From contig NC_068994.1 in the NCBI RefSeq assembly GCF_001194135.2, forward strand, positions 201,440-265,439: a DNA stretch of 64,000 nt, given 5' to 3'. The translations under genes were made by a program, and so were the position numbers. The DNA comes from Octopus bimaculoides (taxonomy: Eukaryota). Shown here piece after piece: positions 11,573 through 25,059 of the stretch. The notes under the pieces are model-generated. The model was not told where the DNA came from and did no database searches. It was given only the letters and a program-made list of their open reading frames with translations. Position 1 is the stretch's first letter. The number at the start of each line of letters is the position of its first letter.

Positions 11573-12519
11573 TACACGCACAGAAACACACTCATATACA
11601 CACACTGTACATAAGGAATATACATATATGTGTGAGTGTGTTTATGAGAGTGTGTGTATACGTGTGTACATAATTATTTCTGATAACTAGGCGCATCTCG
11701 CACGTCTTCACGTTCCACGCCTTTGAATGGCGGAAGAAGAAGTGAATGAGTGTGCGTATATGTTATTGTGTGCAGCTGACTGTAAGTGTGTGTGTGGCTG
11801 TGTTTGCTTAGATGAGCATATATGAGAGGATGTGTGTGTGTGTCTGAGCTGTGTTTATGTTTGTATGTGTATGTGTGTGTGTGTGTGCGCGCGCGCTCTA
11901 TGTGTGCTTAAGAAGCCAGGCCCCAGGCGAGTACTTAGTGCGAATGTTGAAATATTTTGCAAAGCAAACAGCGTATGCCAAAGTCCATTTTGTCTGGGTC
12001 CGCCAGTGAAGGGAGCAGGTGAGAGGGAGGAGGAGGAGGAGGAGGAGGAGGGGTAGTGGTGGTTGGGGGNNNNNNNNNNNNNNNNNNNNNNNNNNNNNNN
12101 NNNNNNNNNNNNNNNNNNNNNNNNNNNNNNNNNNNNNNNNNNNNNNNNNNNNNNNNNNNNNNNNNNNNNNNNNNNNNNNNNNNNNNNNNNNNNNNNNNNN
12201 NNNNNNNNNNNNNNNNNNNNNNNNNNNNNNNNNNNNNNNNNNNNNNNNNNNNNNNNNNNNNNNNNNNNNNNNNNNNNNNNNNNNNNNNNNNNNNNNNNNN
12301 NNNNNNNNNNNNNNNNNNNNNNNNNNNNNNNNNNNNNNNNNNNNNNNNNNNNNNNNNNNNNNNNNNNNNNNNNNNNNNNNNNNNNNNNNNNNNNNNNNNN
12401 NNNNNNNNNNNNNNNNNNNNNNNNNNNNNNNNNNNNNNNNNNNNNNNNNNNNNNNNNNNNNNNNNNNNNNNNNNNNNNNNNNNNNNNNNNNNNNNNNNNN
12501 NNNNNNNNNNNNNNNNNNN

Positions 12520-12570
12520 GGTTCGACCACGTCTTTGGTTCGACCACGTCTTTGGTTCGACCACGTCTTT
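12520..12570. repeat. 17-bp tandem repeat (GGTTCGACCACGTCTTT) x3, abutting a gap
   Basis: Three identical units directly after the N-run 12070-12519. Confidence 0.95.
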
Positions 12571-13599
12571 GTGCCGGACACACAAAACTCTTCGGTTGAA
12601 TTCAGGTAGTTATTTACGGGTGAATTTATTATTTTTTTTTTTTATTTTGCATCCTGGATAAGAGATAGGGGTGTCAGGATATCTAGGAGCTGAGGTTACA
12701 TTTCGTTTTTACACCTTCCTCACTTAATATTTGATCCCTCAGCGAATGGATTTCTCTCCTCGTCATGTAAACTATTAGGATTAGATTCCATTCCCACCTC
12801 AGCATAAACACGGACAGAGGGGGAAGAAGCCAAATAAATTATCGAATTCACGATAAAACGGTAGCCGACATTTAAGGAGATTGGATTCAACTTGACTGTT
12901 GTTTCATGTGCATGGCATCCGTGAGAAACTTCTCTGTGGACCAAGGTTTCAAACCCGAGGAGGTTTAATAAAACTAAAACAAAGTTGTCTCCCTTAGTTC
13001 AGATTAAAATAATATTAGTTTTTGATTTGTAAAGTTTTATTTTCATCCCAAAAACACTGATTAAATTAGATTTTATTTCTTTATGTTAAATGTGACTATA
13101 GTACCGAGTAGTAGTAATAGTAGTAGTAGTAGTAGTAGTCGTCGTCTGTCATTTGTCGATGTAAAATAATTGTAATGTGTAAATTGCTACACACACTCAC
13201 ACACACACGTATGTACATACAGATTGGTGAGTGTATATTTGTACATTGCATCGAATTAACTGAAAAACGATGTTATTGGATAACCGGTAAAAAAAAATGC
13301 CTAAAAGAATAAAAAAAAACTTAATTTAAAATAATTATTGATTAGTTTTATGAATAATCTAAATATTGTATCTCTAATGGAATGTCTTCCTTCTAAAGTT
13401 GATTGTCTTAGGAAGAATAACAAATGTTCGCCGGAGCTGTTTGGAGCTGGATACAAAAAGAGAGGCAGGTACGATTTGTATTAATACTAAATCGCCTAAA
13501 AACATCGGATGATCATAATTGAAATACTTTTGCTCATACGACTCTCGACTGCAACTCATCAAAGCTGACCTGGGGTTAAACATCAACTTGTGCAGTTTC

Positions 13600-14040
13600 T
13601 CTGCTAACGATGATAGTGTGTGAGGAGGGGGAGGAGGAGCAATACCGAATTAGGAAGGCCATCATGTCCATGTATGTAGGGATGCTAATGATGGGTAGTC
13701 AACGTCACCAGCTGGATATTTGATATGAGGGAGATACGGCTGGTTCTTCTAGCAGACCAGTGGTAGAGGCAGCATCTCTATGGTTTGGAGTCGGATAGCC
13801 GGGTTTTTATTGTTTTAAATGACGAAAAGAGACTTAATGAGATATTGATGTTGTCAACAATTTCGTCAGTTGGGGGTAGAATGGAGATAGTGCCGGTAGG
13901 GTTTGTCTCCCGTTTAATTAGAAATTCTGCTGTAATCTGATCTAGCTTCCCCCACCCGACACATCTATTCGAGTGACCCCTGTTGAAATAAGGTTATCCG
14001 TACTATTGTCTAGTTATCTGTAAAGTAGTGGCGGGGTCAT
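13600..14040 (-). mobile_element. Highly degenerate Penelope-like RT remnant
   Basis: Minus-strand pieces LDDP.T, TDNLISTG, LPHIK and ASLHT..HDGL resemble PLE LD.DPT / LPSYIKD / SLYT.IPH..GL motifs. Many frameshifts. Confidence 0.35.
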
Positions 14041-14639
14041 CTAAACAGAAGCAGCTCAAGGCTTTACGCTGGCCGCGGGCCATCCAATTACTAGAAACAA
14101 CAGTCATATCCTTCTCTTATTCTCCAAATTACAAAAACACAGATTATTTCACCCAACCACCGCCACCACCTACATAGATCCTTCTAATACAAAATTGCTT
14201 ACATCAATGGAACTTTCCTCTCTAAAAATCACCTCTATGCAGTGGCTCGATCTCCGAGAAACACTAGCCAANNNNNNNNNNNNNNNNNNNNNNNNNNNNN
14301 NNNNNNNNNNNNNNNNNNNNNNNNNNNNNNNNNNNNNNNNNNNNNNNNNNNNNNNNNNNNNNNNNNNNNNNNNNNNNNNNNNNNNNNNNNNNNNNNNNNN
14401 NNNNNNNNNNNNNNNNNNNNNNNNNNNNNNNNNNNNNNNNNNNNNNNNNNNNNNNNNNNNNNNNNNNNNNNNNNNNNNNNNNNNNNNNNNNNNNNNNNNN
14501 NNNNNNNNNNNNNNNNNNNNNNNNNNNNNNNNNNNNNNNNNNNNNNNNNNNNNNNNNNNNNNNNNNNNNNNNNNNNNNNNNNNNNNNNNNNNNNNNNNCC
14601 CCCGTCTGCATACCGTATGTAGCCTTACATCAGAAAACT

Positions 14640-14815
14640 AGGCGGGATGGCCACGACTGGAATATTTTAGGTAAGAGGTCTGCTCGATCAGAGCTAAGCT
14701 ACGATTAATCAATAACCCGCACTCATTTGGGGGTGGGGGGTGAGGAGGAAAAGTCGATTACATTGACCCCAGTATTCCACTGATACTTATTTTATCGACC
14801 CAAAACAGATGAAAG
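14640..14815. mobile_element. Fragments of SINE family C (14640-14705) and the 3' part of family A (14745-14815, minus)
   Basis: GGGATGGCCACGACTGGAAT...GGTCTGCTCGATCAG; GTCGATTACATTGACCCCAGTA...TTTTATCGACCC...GATGAAAG. Confidence 0.6.
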
Positions 14816-14823
14816 CTAAATTC

Positions 14824-14862
<39 letters not shown>

Positions 14863-14865
<3 letters not shown>

Positions 14866-15190
14866 TTTATTCTTTTATTTGTTTCAGTCATTTGACTGCG
14901 GCCTAGTACTTATTCTATCGGGGTTCTTTCGCCGAACCGCTAAGTTATGGGGACGTGAACACACCAGCATCGGTTGTCAACCGATGGTGTGGGGACAAAG
15001 AGACACACAAACACACATATATATATCCGACGGGTTTCTTTCAGTTTCCGTCTATCAAATCCACTCACATGGCTTTGGTCGGCTCGAGGCTATATAGGAG
15101 AAGACACTTGCTCAAGGTGCCACGCAATGGGACTGAACCTGGAACCATGTGGTTGGTAAGCAAGCTACTTACCACACAGCCACTCCTGCG
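14863..15190 (-). mobile_element. Near full-length SINE family B (tRNA head + CORE-like segment + AAAGAAT tail)
   Basis: Minus strand GCGCAGGAGTGGCTGTGTGGTAAG (A box)...GGTTCAGTCCC (B box)...GCACCTTGAGCAAGTGTCTTCT (resembles the MIR/CORE ACCTTGGGCAAGT segment)...GACTGAAACAAATAAAAGAATAAAGAA. Homologous to 26645-27025. Confidence 0.9.
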
Positions 15191-15192
15191 CA

Positions 15193-15228
<36 letters not shown>

Positions 15229-15400
15229 TAATGTATATATATATACAGGGTGTCCACAAAGTCTGGGTACATGGAGTAAATAAAATCAACATAAACAATT
15301 AAATATAATATTTTGTTAAAGTATGTGCTAATCCCTATGTATCCAGATTTTGTGGAATATATATATATATATATATATATATGTATACATATATATATGT

Positions 15401-15435
<35 letters not shown>

Positions 15436-16624
15436 NNNNNNNNNNNNNNNNNNNNNNNNNNNNNNNNNNNNNNNNNNNNNNNNNNNNNNNNNNNNNNNNN
15501 NNNNNNNNNNNNNNNNNNNNNNNNNNNNNNNNNNNNNNNNNNNNNNNNNNNNNNNNNNNNNNNNNNNNNNNNNNNNNNNNNNNNNNNNNNNNNNNNNNNN
15601 NNNNNNNNNNNNNNNNNNNNNNNNNNNNNNNNNNNNNNNNNNNNNNNNNNNNNNNNNNNNNNNNNNNNNNNNNNNNNNNNNNNNNNNNNNNNNNNNNNNN
15701 NNNNNNNNNNNNNNNNNNNNNNNNNNNNNNNNNNNNNNNNNNNNNNNNNNNNNNNNNNNNNNNNNNNNNNNNNNNNNNNNNNNNNNNNNNNGTGGTGGTG
15801 GTGGTGGTGGTGGTGGTGGTGATACTGGTCAGTGGCGAGGGCAAATACTATATTCGACGCCTGTCTGACAGCGGGCGGCAAACATTTAGAGCGGTGGCAA
15901 TCAGCGAACCCCATTTGACCCAGCCTATCTTTTGTCCCGAAGAATAATCTGGAACGATCTCAGTTTGGAACCAGAAATTTATCTTGGCTGGTCGTAGAGA
16001 ATGGGGGAAAAGGCCAGAGACAGAATTGTGCTTTGTAAAAAGAGAGAACTTCTCGCCTGATAAAACAGGATCGAATCGAAACTGTCACTTTGGTGAGTGA
16101 TTGACTCTTAGTGGGGAGCGGGGGAACGTATAGATAGCAGTGGTGGGTGCGTGTGGTAAAAGTAGTGGTGGTGAGTGGTGGTGATGTGAGGTGGTGGTGT
16201 TAGTGATAATGGCGGGTAGTAGTGTGCGATGGTGTTTAAATAGTGGTGTCTCAGGTGGTTGCGATGGTGGCGCTAGTTGTAGTGTTGATAACAGCAGTAT
16301 TGGGATATTATAGTGATGATCGCGATGGCGGCGCCTGTTAATGTTGTAAGTGTAATGCAAAAGATGAGCTTATTACTGTTGTGTGACGATCGTAGAATTG
16401 TTTGAATTGGTCGTACTGCTGTGGTGATATGGGTATATGCATGCCCGGGGCCACAACTGCTTCATGGGGTTGTTGGGGTGCGATCATGACATACCCTTTT
16501 GTTAGCAAAAATGCTTTGGGTATTTTCAGACCTGGAGAAGGTCATACTTCTCCACAAAAAGATTTCCTCTAGAAAGGGGGAGAGAGAGACAGAGACATAG
16601 AGTGAGTGAGTCAGAGTTTGAAAA

Positions 16625-16775
16625 GAATCGACCCCCAGTATAAGATTGGTATTTTATCGTCCCCCGAAAGGATGAAAGGCAAAGTTGATCTCGGCGCTAT
16701 TTGAACTCAGAATGGAGAGAACCGAAACGATTACCGAAAAGCAATCTATCTTTGATGCACTAACAACTCGGCCAA
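16625..16775 (-). mobile_element. SINE family A copy
   Basis: ATCGACCCCCAGTA...CCCCGAAAGGATGAAAGGCAAAGTTGATCTCGGCG...TTTGAACTCAGAA. Confidence 0.8.
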
Positions 16776-16782
16776 TTGGAAG

Positions 16783-16815
<33 letters not shown>

Positions 16816-17854
16816 GAACAGACTGTATTATAATGGTATTGCATTGACCGAATCGACTATTCTTTCCTTGACATTTATCTAAGCCAACCATTTAATACAT
16901 AAACAAATTATATCAGACCCTTAAAGCTCTTACCTGACGGAGAAAGTGGCGCGAGCGAACGCATTACCGATTGTTTACAATGCCAGGTACCAACCATCAA
17001 CTCTTAAATTAATCCCACGACATTTGACTTTCTGTAGTTTGAACTCCAGCCTCTGACTTACAAATGTACCGTCTCCTAACTCAACTTTTTCTACTGCTAC
17101 AAAGGTTCCCCCTGTTTCTTGGTCTTGGCTGGTTTCGTCTCCTTGACCCCCTGTCTCTTCCATATTGTAACCCATCTGAAACACCCACTATACTCATCCC
17201 GTCATTTTGCAGCCATTTAAAAGAAACTCGCCGCCGCCACCACCCAGATCGTTTACTGGTGCAAGGGACGCGGTCCTTCGTCTATCCGGGGTCAATAAAC
17301 CATGAAGATAATGTTGATGATACATGAAATCATTCTAAAGATGTTATTGCTTCTTATGGAACAAGGAGATAAGACTGACAGTTGTTGCTGTTGTTGAGGC
17401 GTAGATCCATCCTGATGAAACAGTCTTATGACGATGAGGAGAATCAGAGGAATGACTCAGAGTGATTTTGTAGCTTTATTCTTCAAGATACAGCATCTCT
17501 CCACTTCATGAAGGATGATACTACCCTCTCTAACATACATTGCTTTACCATATAGGTTCGAGGTGCTGCTGTTCTTTTTTTTTTTTTTTCACTCCCTAAT
17601 AACTGGTGGACTTAGTCTATGGAAAGAGTAACGGTTCTTGGTTACCTTCTCTTAATTTATTTACAGTTTATTTTGCTTGTCTCCTACACTGCCTTGAGGA
17701 GAAACGTTTATCTTTTAGGCAGGGGCTATGGTTCATGAAGCATCAATAGAATCGATGAGTCTGTGTGACCCATGTATAGGGGCCCCCTATTAGTCTTAGT
17801 TTGCCTTAGTCACATGACCATCTTCTGCCCTGTCACTTTTAACTGAGATGTTTC

Positions 17855-17985
17855 ACTGGTACCACCATTCAGGGTCAGAATGGACCTGGGAGTAGAAGGG
17901 ATAAAAGGGTAATCCCACACTCCCCAAAACTCCTGAACTTCCGAACTGAAGCTACGTCACCAGATGCAGTTTAGGGTCTTGTTCA
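17855..17985. mobile_element. Interspersed repeat, family D (SINE-like)
   Basis: GTACCACCATTCAGGGTCAGAATGGACCTGGGAG...CCACACTCCCCAAAACTCC...CACCAGATGCAGTTTAG. I recall this as a cephalopod repeat; it occurs once in this window. Confidence 0.4.
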
Positions 17986-17998
17986 AAAAAATCCAAAC

Positions 17999-18056
<58 letters not shown>

Positions 18057-18799
18057 TCAATTGTAGTCGAGACGTAATCATTGTCCCTGGGTAAGGATCA
18101 GACGAATATCTGTAAAGATTTCTAATGAATTACTTTTTAAAACAAAACCATGGTCAGCGCTTCCGGTCATGCTGAGAAGGATTAAAGAGACACAAGTCAT
18201 TGCATATTTATATTGCTTGTCAGAGAAAGATTATTTCTAGGGATTTTTCCGGATATCAAGTCATGATTCCTAATCACATAATTTGCTGTTTATCACTAAA
18301 TATCGCATCTTGCATTATATATTGAGTACTTTGTGTTCATGATAATATCTATGTATGTATGTCTACGTACAACTTTCGGTAACGTGTATATTGATCGGTC
18401 TGTTACAAATGTGTCATCAGTGATGTTAGGTGACATACATTAAACAATTGAAAAACAAAAAAAGATGAAGTTAAAATAGTGCCTTGAAATGGAAACCGTA
18501 CCACCAGATTTTCTGTTGTTCGAAATTTGTTTAGACGAAACTAGCGAAGGTTATCGCATATAAAATGAAATATACGAGAATAAAAACTGACTAAAGCGCC
18601 ATCTAAATGCTATATTTAAATGTAAAATAGCTGAACTATTTTTAGAGATCTTCATGGAATAGTCCAGTTTACTGTTTTTCCTTTAATTACCTAAAAGACC
18701 AAGATCAGTGAAAATGTTCTAAAAACCACAAAAATTTTGTTTTTTCTTTCCTCATAATTTTTCTTTGACTTTTTTACTTGACTAATGAGTAAGATGGCG

Positions 18800-19140
18800 A
18801 TCTTTTATCAAGTTTGGCCACAATAATGGATATTTTCTGGTCAATTTCAGTCAAATTCTTTCCTGCTGTAACATGTCGAAAGAATTTCTTGAACCATTCT
18901 CATATTGATAGATTCCCTCTTGGATTCCGAGATGTTTCTGTTTTCTATCAGATTCCAATAATCTTCCCTCATTACTGTCATCGTGTAGACTGAAAGTCTT
19001 CCCAATTTCATTCACTCAATTCCATCTTTGCACAAAAATTACAGATTTTCTTGTCGCCTTCTTTCTTCAATTGTCAAATAACTGCAGTTAGCAAGTTGCG
19101 TTTTAAACTAATGTCTTCATTCATGCTTCTTACATTTCTA
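18800..19140 (-). mobile_element. Degenerate APE endonuclease remnant of an RTE-like LINE
   Basis: Minus frame (W)NVRSMNE...LLTAVI..LKK..K.I..F...ELSE.NW resembles the RTE WNVRTM...TA.I..EL...LSE.RW N-terminus. Multiple stops. Confidence 0.4.
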
Positions 19141-19349
19141 CAGAACCGCTGAGAGTGAGCTTCCATTAATAGAATCTACATTTCCAGTTAACCCTACTCA
19201 TCACAATCGCTAGAATAGAACCTATACCACCAGTCAAAACCTCGGTTACCATCAATTATTGCTGCATTTAGCTTCTTCACCAATTCTAACAAATGAAAAA
19301 AAATGCTCCCATTTCCTTTGTTTTTATTTGAAATTATTCTTTAACGTTT

Positions 19350-19387
<38 letters not shown>

Positions 19388-20859
19388 CTGATACGATCCG
19401 TAGCCCTCACGGACCCAGCCAGGTCGCTAAAATCGATGCAGTTCATGATATCCATGTCGGGAAAAAACATGAACAAATATCACCCTTCATCCCAAACGTT
19501 TCAACCTCAAGTGTCACCTAAATACAACTAACACACATCAGGACACTCTAAACCCTTGAATAGACACTCGAAAACGACTTTCAGTGGATTTGACGTTGAC
19601 GTCGCCAAACATGGCCAAACATGACTTCAAAATCTCAAACAACTATATTCATTATCCACATAAAGAAAATATTTTCGTACACTACATACACTAAAATATG
19701 AACAGCACACAACTAGATCCCTCATGATTGCTATAAACGCTGGGTTTCATCCTAACTGTGAATGTTTCTGTCCATTGGATAGAGACTAACCTTCCGCTTT
19801 ACAGCTACAAACACTTCTCCATTTTGTCACAGATATGGAGGGTCTCTACGCCTGTGACAGGTGAGGCACAGAATGGAGTATAGCCTTTACATCTGGAATA
19901 GTTCTCTTAATCATAATTCAACCATTTCGTTGTCACCTACTTGTAATCATCTCAGTCACTATCAATCATTGAAGCGTCCCCTACAAGATATTGCTAGTAA
20001 TCTCAGTTAGTTCATTAACCATGATTTATTAACAGACGAGAAAGATGGCGCCTGTCTTGCAGCCATGTTATCTCGGCAGAAACATTATTTAGCAGCATCG
20101 TCGAATTTTTTAAAAAATGCAGATTTCAAAACGAAATTTTAGGTTCTGTGAAAAACACGGAATGGTCACGGATGGAACGCTTTGATGGTGGGTGTGCTGA
20201 ATCAGGATTAACCTGGAACTAAACAACAACTATTCTACACGATGTCTTTTCTTGTGGATGTCTCAAAATGTTGCAACCGATAATTCGCTGGTGTTGTGAT
20301 CATTATTTCGAGAAAAGCAGAGAATAACACAATTTTGTGACACTACTCCCCCCACACACACACACACCACCGCCACCACTACCCCCACCACTGACCCCAC
20401 CATTTCTCCGCCTCGCAATCCTATTATTTGTCCGTATGAGAAAGGTTTTATGAGAACTGATTGGTTCTGTGAGTCAGCTTAATATACAGCTTCTACATCG
20501 ATTTTCTGTGCAACTGATGCAGGCTTTGCAGCGAGGACTTCAGTAATAATGAGTGCGTGTGTGTGTGTGTGTGTGTGTGTGAGCGTGTGTGTGTATGAGC
20601 GTGTGTGTGTGTGTGAGCGTGTGTGTGTGTGTGTGTGTGTGAGCGTGTGTGTGTGTGAGCGTGTGTGTGTGTGTGTGTGAGCGTGTGAGCACTATTACTA
20701 ATCACCTGTTAGTACACATTTAATGTATGTTGTAAACACATGCATAACAACGTAGGTATATACGTACACACGCACATGTATATATATATATATATATATA
20801 TACAGACACATACATCTCCTATATATACGCCCATATGAGAAAAGCATGAGTGTCATATG

Positions 20860-20892
<33 letters not shown>

Positions 20893-21385
20893 CAATCCAT
20901 CATCCCCTTTTTTATTTCTCGTTTCTCAACTCCCTGTCTCCTTCCCAATCTATGTGTATGCGCGCGCTCGCGCACACATACTCACACAGACAAATGTATC
21001 GTATGTATATGTGTATACACATTTATTCACACACATAACATGTACTGATATATAAAAGCATGGTTTACATCCATCCATATATACATACATACATACATCC
21101 GTGCGTGCGTGCGTGCGTGCGTGTATGTATGTATGTATGTAGATGGTATGTGTGCTTATGTGTATGTATTGTGATGTGAATATATAGCAAACAGTAAATT
21201 GGATGTTGAGAAGTATTTCAATGTATATTTATCACCAGATATGTGTGCGTGTGGTATGTTTAATTTTAGATATACTAGTATACTACTGTGAGTGTGCGTG
21301 TGTATTACGCCTGTGCATGTGTGTGTATATGTGTATTTAACATGTTGTACGTGCCAATGAGTTTACTGTGTCTCTGCATGTGAGT

Positions 21386-21425
<40 letters not shown>

Positions 21426-21559
21426 GAAGCGTTAGAACAGTTTATAATCACCTGTTAGTTCAAGTTAATGTCAGCCTTTCATACAGGCCTTCTCTGTATT
21501 ATGCGTGTATATGTGCACACACACATAGCTGCAAAATACCAATACACATATGTATATAT

Positions 21560-21580
21560 ACATATACACATGCACTCGTG

Positions 21581-21611
<31 letters not shown>

Positions 21612-21653
21612 TGCATACATATGCATATATGCTGATACATAGATCTATATCAA

Positions 21654-21688
<35 letters not shown>

Positions 21689-21832
21689 ATTCATGCATAC
21701 ACACATATACAAATGTATATATGATTATATGCAAATATATCAAGGTGTGCGTAAATGATACATATGTACCTGTACACCTTCATATATATATATATAAATA
21801 TAGATAGACAAATAGATGTGTGTGTATGCATA

Positions 21833-21921
<89 letters not shown>

Positions 21922-22168
21922 CAGATGTACACACAAACGTGTAGGTATATATATGTACACTCAAATACATATATGTATGCGTGTGTATGTGTGTGTAAAC
22001 GTGACTGCGCGCGCGCGCGCGCGCGCGCGTGGAAACGTTCAGCTGATACGTGTTGCTGAATATATCCGCCTTCTTATACCAACTGTTCGTATAGAAATGC
22101 GTGTATATATGTGTATATGTGATTTCATGGCTGTGTGTGCGTGTATATGTATATATATTTTATGTATA

Positions 22169-22213
<45 letters not shown>

Positions 22214-22413
22214 NNNNNNNNNNNNNNNNNNNNNNNNNNNNNNNNNNNNNNNNNNNNNNNNNNNNNNNNNNNNNNNNNNNNNNNNNNNNNNNNNNNNNNN
22301 NNNNNNNNNNNNNNNNNNNNNNNNNNNNNNNNNNNNNNNNNNNNNNNNNNNNNNNNNNNNNNNNNNNNNNNNNNNNNNNNNNNNNNNNNNNNNNNNNNNN
22401 NNNNNNNNNTATA

Positions 22414-22456
<43 letters not shown>

Positions 22457-22630
22457 CATATACACACGTATATATATATATATAGATACATATATATATA
22501 TACATATACACACACACGTACGTATATATACATATATATATATATATGTCTGTGTGTGTGTATGTATATATATATATATATGTGTGTGTGTATATACATA
22601 TACACACATATAAAAGTACATGTATATTTC

Positions 22631-22681
<51 letters not shown>

Positions 22682-23139
22682 GCATGTACTTTTATATTTG
22701 TGTNNNNNNNNNNNNNNNNNNNNNNNNNNNNNNNNNNNNNNNNNNNNNNNNNNNNNNNNNNNNNNNNNNNNNNNNNNNNNNNNNNNNNNNNNNNNNNNNN
22801 NNNNNNNNNNNNNNNNNNNNNNNNNNNNNNNNNNNNNNNNNNNNNNNNNNNNNNNNNNNNNNNNNNNNNNNNNNNNNNNNNNNNNNNNNNNNNNNNNNNN
22901 NNNNNNNNNNNNNNNNNNNNNNNNNNNNNNNNNNNNNNNNNNNNNNNNNNNNNNNNNNNNNNNNNNNNNNNNNNNNNNNNNNNNNNNNNNNNNNNNNNNN
23001 NNNNNNNNNNNNNNNNNNNNNNNNNNNNNNNNNNNNNNNNNNNNNNNNNNNNNNNNNNNNNNNNNNNNNNNNNNNNNNNNNNNNNNNNNNNNNNNNNNNN
23101 NNNNNNNNNNNNNNNNNNNNNNNNNNNNNNNNNNNNNNN

Positions 23140-23196
<57 letters not shown>
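21560..23196. repeat. Large compound (AT)n/(AC)n/(GT)n microsatellite field with two gaps
   Basis: Direct reading. This field produces the YI/HT/CV-repeat pseudo-ORFs. Confidence 0.95.
22007..22029. repeat. Pure (GC)11 tract
   Basis: Uninterrupted GC alternation of 23 nt. Confidence 0.95.
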
Positions 23197-23198
<2 letters not shown>

Positions 23199-24239
23199 TC
23201 GTCTCTATTTTTCCACACACCTTTCCTCTTGCACTTCAACACTGCCATCCACACACACACGTCTACACTCCCGCTTCGTTACTCTTCCACACCTCATATT
23301 TACACCCTCAGTTTCCACTTTACATATGTAGATCTACACCTTTCCACATCTCTACACAGCCATGTCTTTCTAGAACAATCTACGCCTGACAACATCTCAA
23401 AACTGAACACTACCGAGTTGTTCATCGAGGAGAATCAACTCAATCCAAGCCGTGGATGAAATCGATTTTTATTCAATACTTTCACTCATTCTTTATTGCA
23501 TACTTTCAATCAATCCTTATTTATTGATAATTGCAATCCTGATTGCTGAAATCTCAACGTCTTCAAAGTCGTTGCTTAAATTCACTTATTCAACTTTCAA
23601 CTGAAAACAGTTTCAAGATGACTTCCTTAACCAATTGCTCCAGCCTGGCTAGAAATTTCTCAATTTCGTGCCAGAAAAGATGGAAGCTAGGGGTCAAGGA
23701 TTGCTATTTATTCAGCTTCCACTTAGCCCTAAGTAAGTCGATCTCGGATCAAAGACATCCCAGCCGTGACTGTCCGGTCTGGTCTTTTTAAATAGGTTAT
23801 TATCCAATGCATTGTGTTTTGTAGTGGTGGTCATGGAGAGTGTTGGATGTAGTGGTGGTGGTGGTGGATGGTAGTGGTGGCAGCGTGATAAAGCTGTAGT
23901 GCTGTTAGTAGTTATGGTGGGGGTGATAGTGATGGCATTAGTGTAGTAAATGAGGGAGTGCAGCTGTTGAGCTGTCGTTTTGGTGTCATTTTAGAGATTT
24001 AACCGTTGTTTCCAGCAGGCTGGGTGACCGTTTAGAAACCTAATTTCGTACCGCTTGTGTTGATCACACACACACACACACACACACACTGGCACAAGCA
24101 CGCACACACACAGACAGACACACAGACAGACACACAGGCAGACACAGACAAAAATACACACATACTCAATTAATACACTAATTAACATTTTATCATTTCA
24201 TTTGCGATTCTGAAATCCATGATGGCTGAACTCTTACAT

Positions 24240-24275
24240 CATAATTAGTGACATAATTAGTGACATAATTAATGA
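24240..24275. repeat. 12-bp tandem repeat (CATAATTAGTGA) x3
   Basis: Direct reading of the sequence. Confidence 0.9.
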
Positions 24276-24519
24276 CACAATCGCCAGGTTAGAGATCTTC
24301 TTCATCTCTTGTTGAAGTTGTTGTTTAACCCCAGGTCACTGCTGAGCCAGTAAATCTATGACCAAAGGCATCACGAACGGGAACTTTTTTTCTTTTTTAA
24401 TATTACAATATTTAGTGAAGCCTTCATTTTCTAAGACGATGAAGTGTGGTTTCGAGAGAAATTTCATTGTTATTTCTAGCAGGCTGACTGAGCTTACGGA
24501 AGTCCTTTTGTTGTGTTGT

Positions 24520-24685
24520 ATTTTAATCTATGATACCCCAGTTAATATATTTTAATCTATGATACCCCAGGTAATGTGTTTTAATCAATGACACCACCCA
24601 GTTAATATATTTTAATCTCTGATACCCTGTATTGTATATTTCAATCCGTGACACCACCCAGGTAATCTGTGACATCCCTAGTTAA
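24520..24685. repeat. Degenerate ~30-bp minisatellite, about 5 copies
   Basis: Recurring unit TTTTAATCTATGATACCCCAGTTAATATAT with variants. Confidence 0.85.
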
Positions 24686-25059
24686 CATTGTATGTGTACT
24701 TTCAGCTATTTATTTATATTTTATCAGTGTTTACAAAACTGTTATGACTTGTGTTGTCAACACGCCAAACCTGCTTAAACTCGAGCTACAATCGCTTTTA
24801 CTAGATTAAAAAAAAAAGAAAATGAAAAACAATATTTGTTGAAACGTGAATTAGATGCAGTCGTGGGTGTCATATTTCTTGTGCCAGGCAAAACAGAAAA
24901 TATTTCCCTCGCGTTTCCCCCAAACCGCCCTCAAGCCTCCCCGCGTATCTCTTCGTATCTCTTATTTACTTACAATAGCAACAAAAACGAACTTCAAATC
25001 TCGGTATCTTGACAGAATTACCAAGGGAAACCAGACATACAGACAGACTCTAAGGTTTG

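Noticed and set aside
21691-23459. Long ORFs such as 544 aa at 21755-23389 and 507 aa at 35409-36932
   Set aside because: They consist of dinucleotide-repeat translations (YI, HT, CV) and X from N-gaps, so they are not genes. The same applies to most ORFs in the track.
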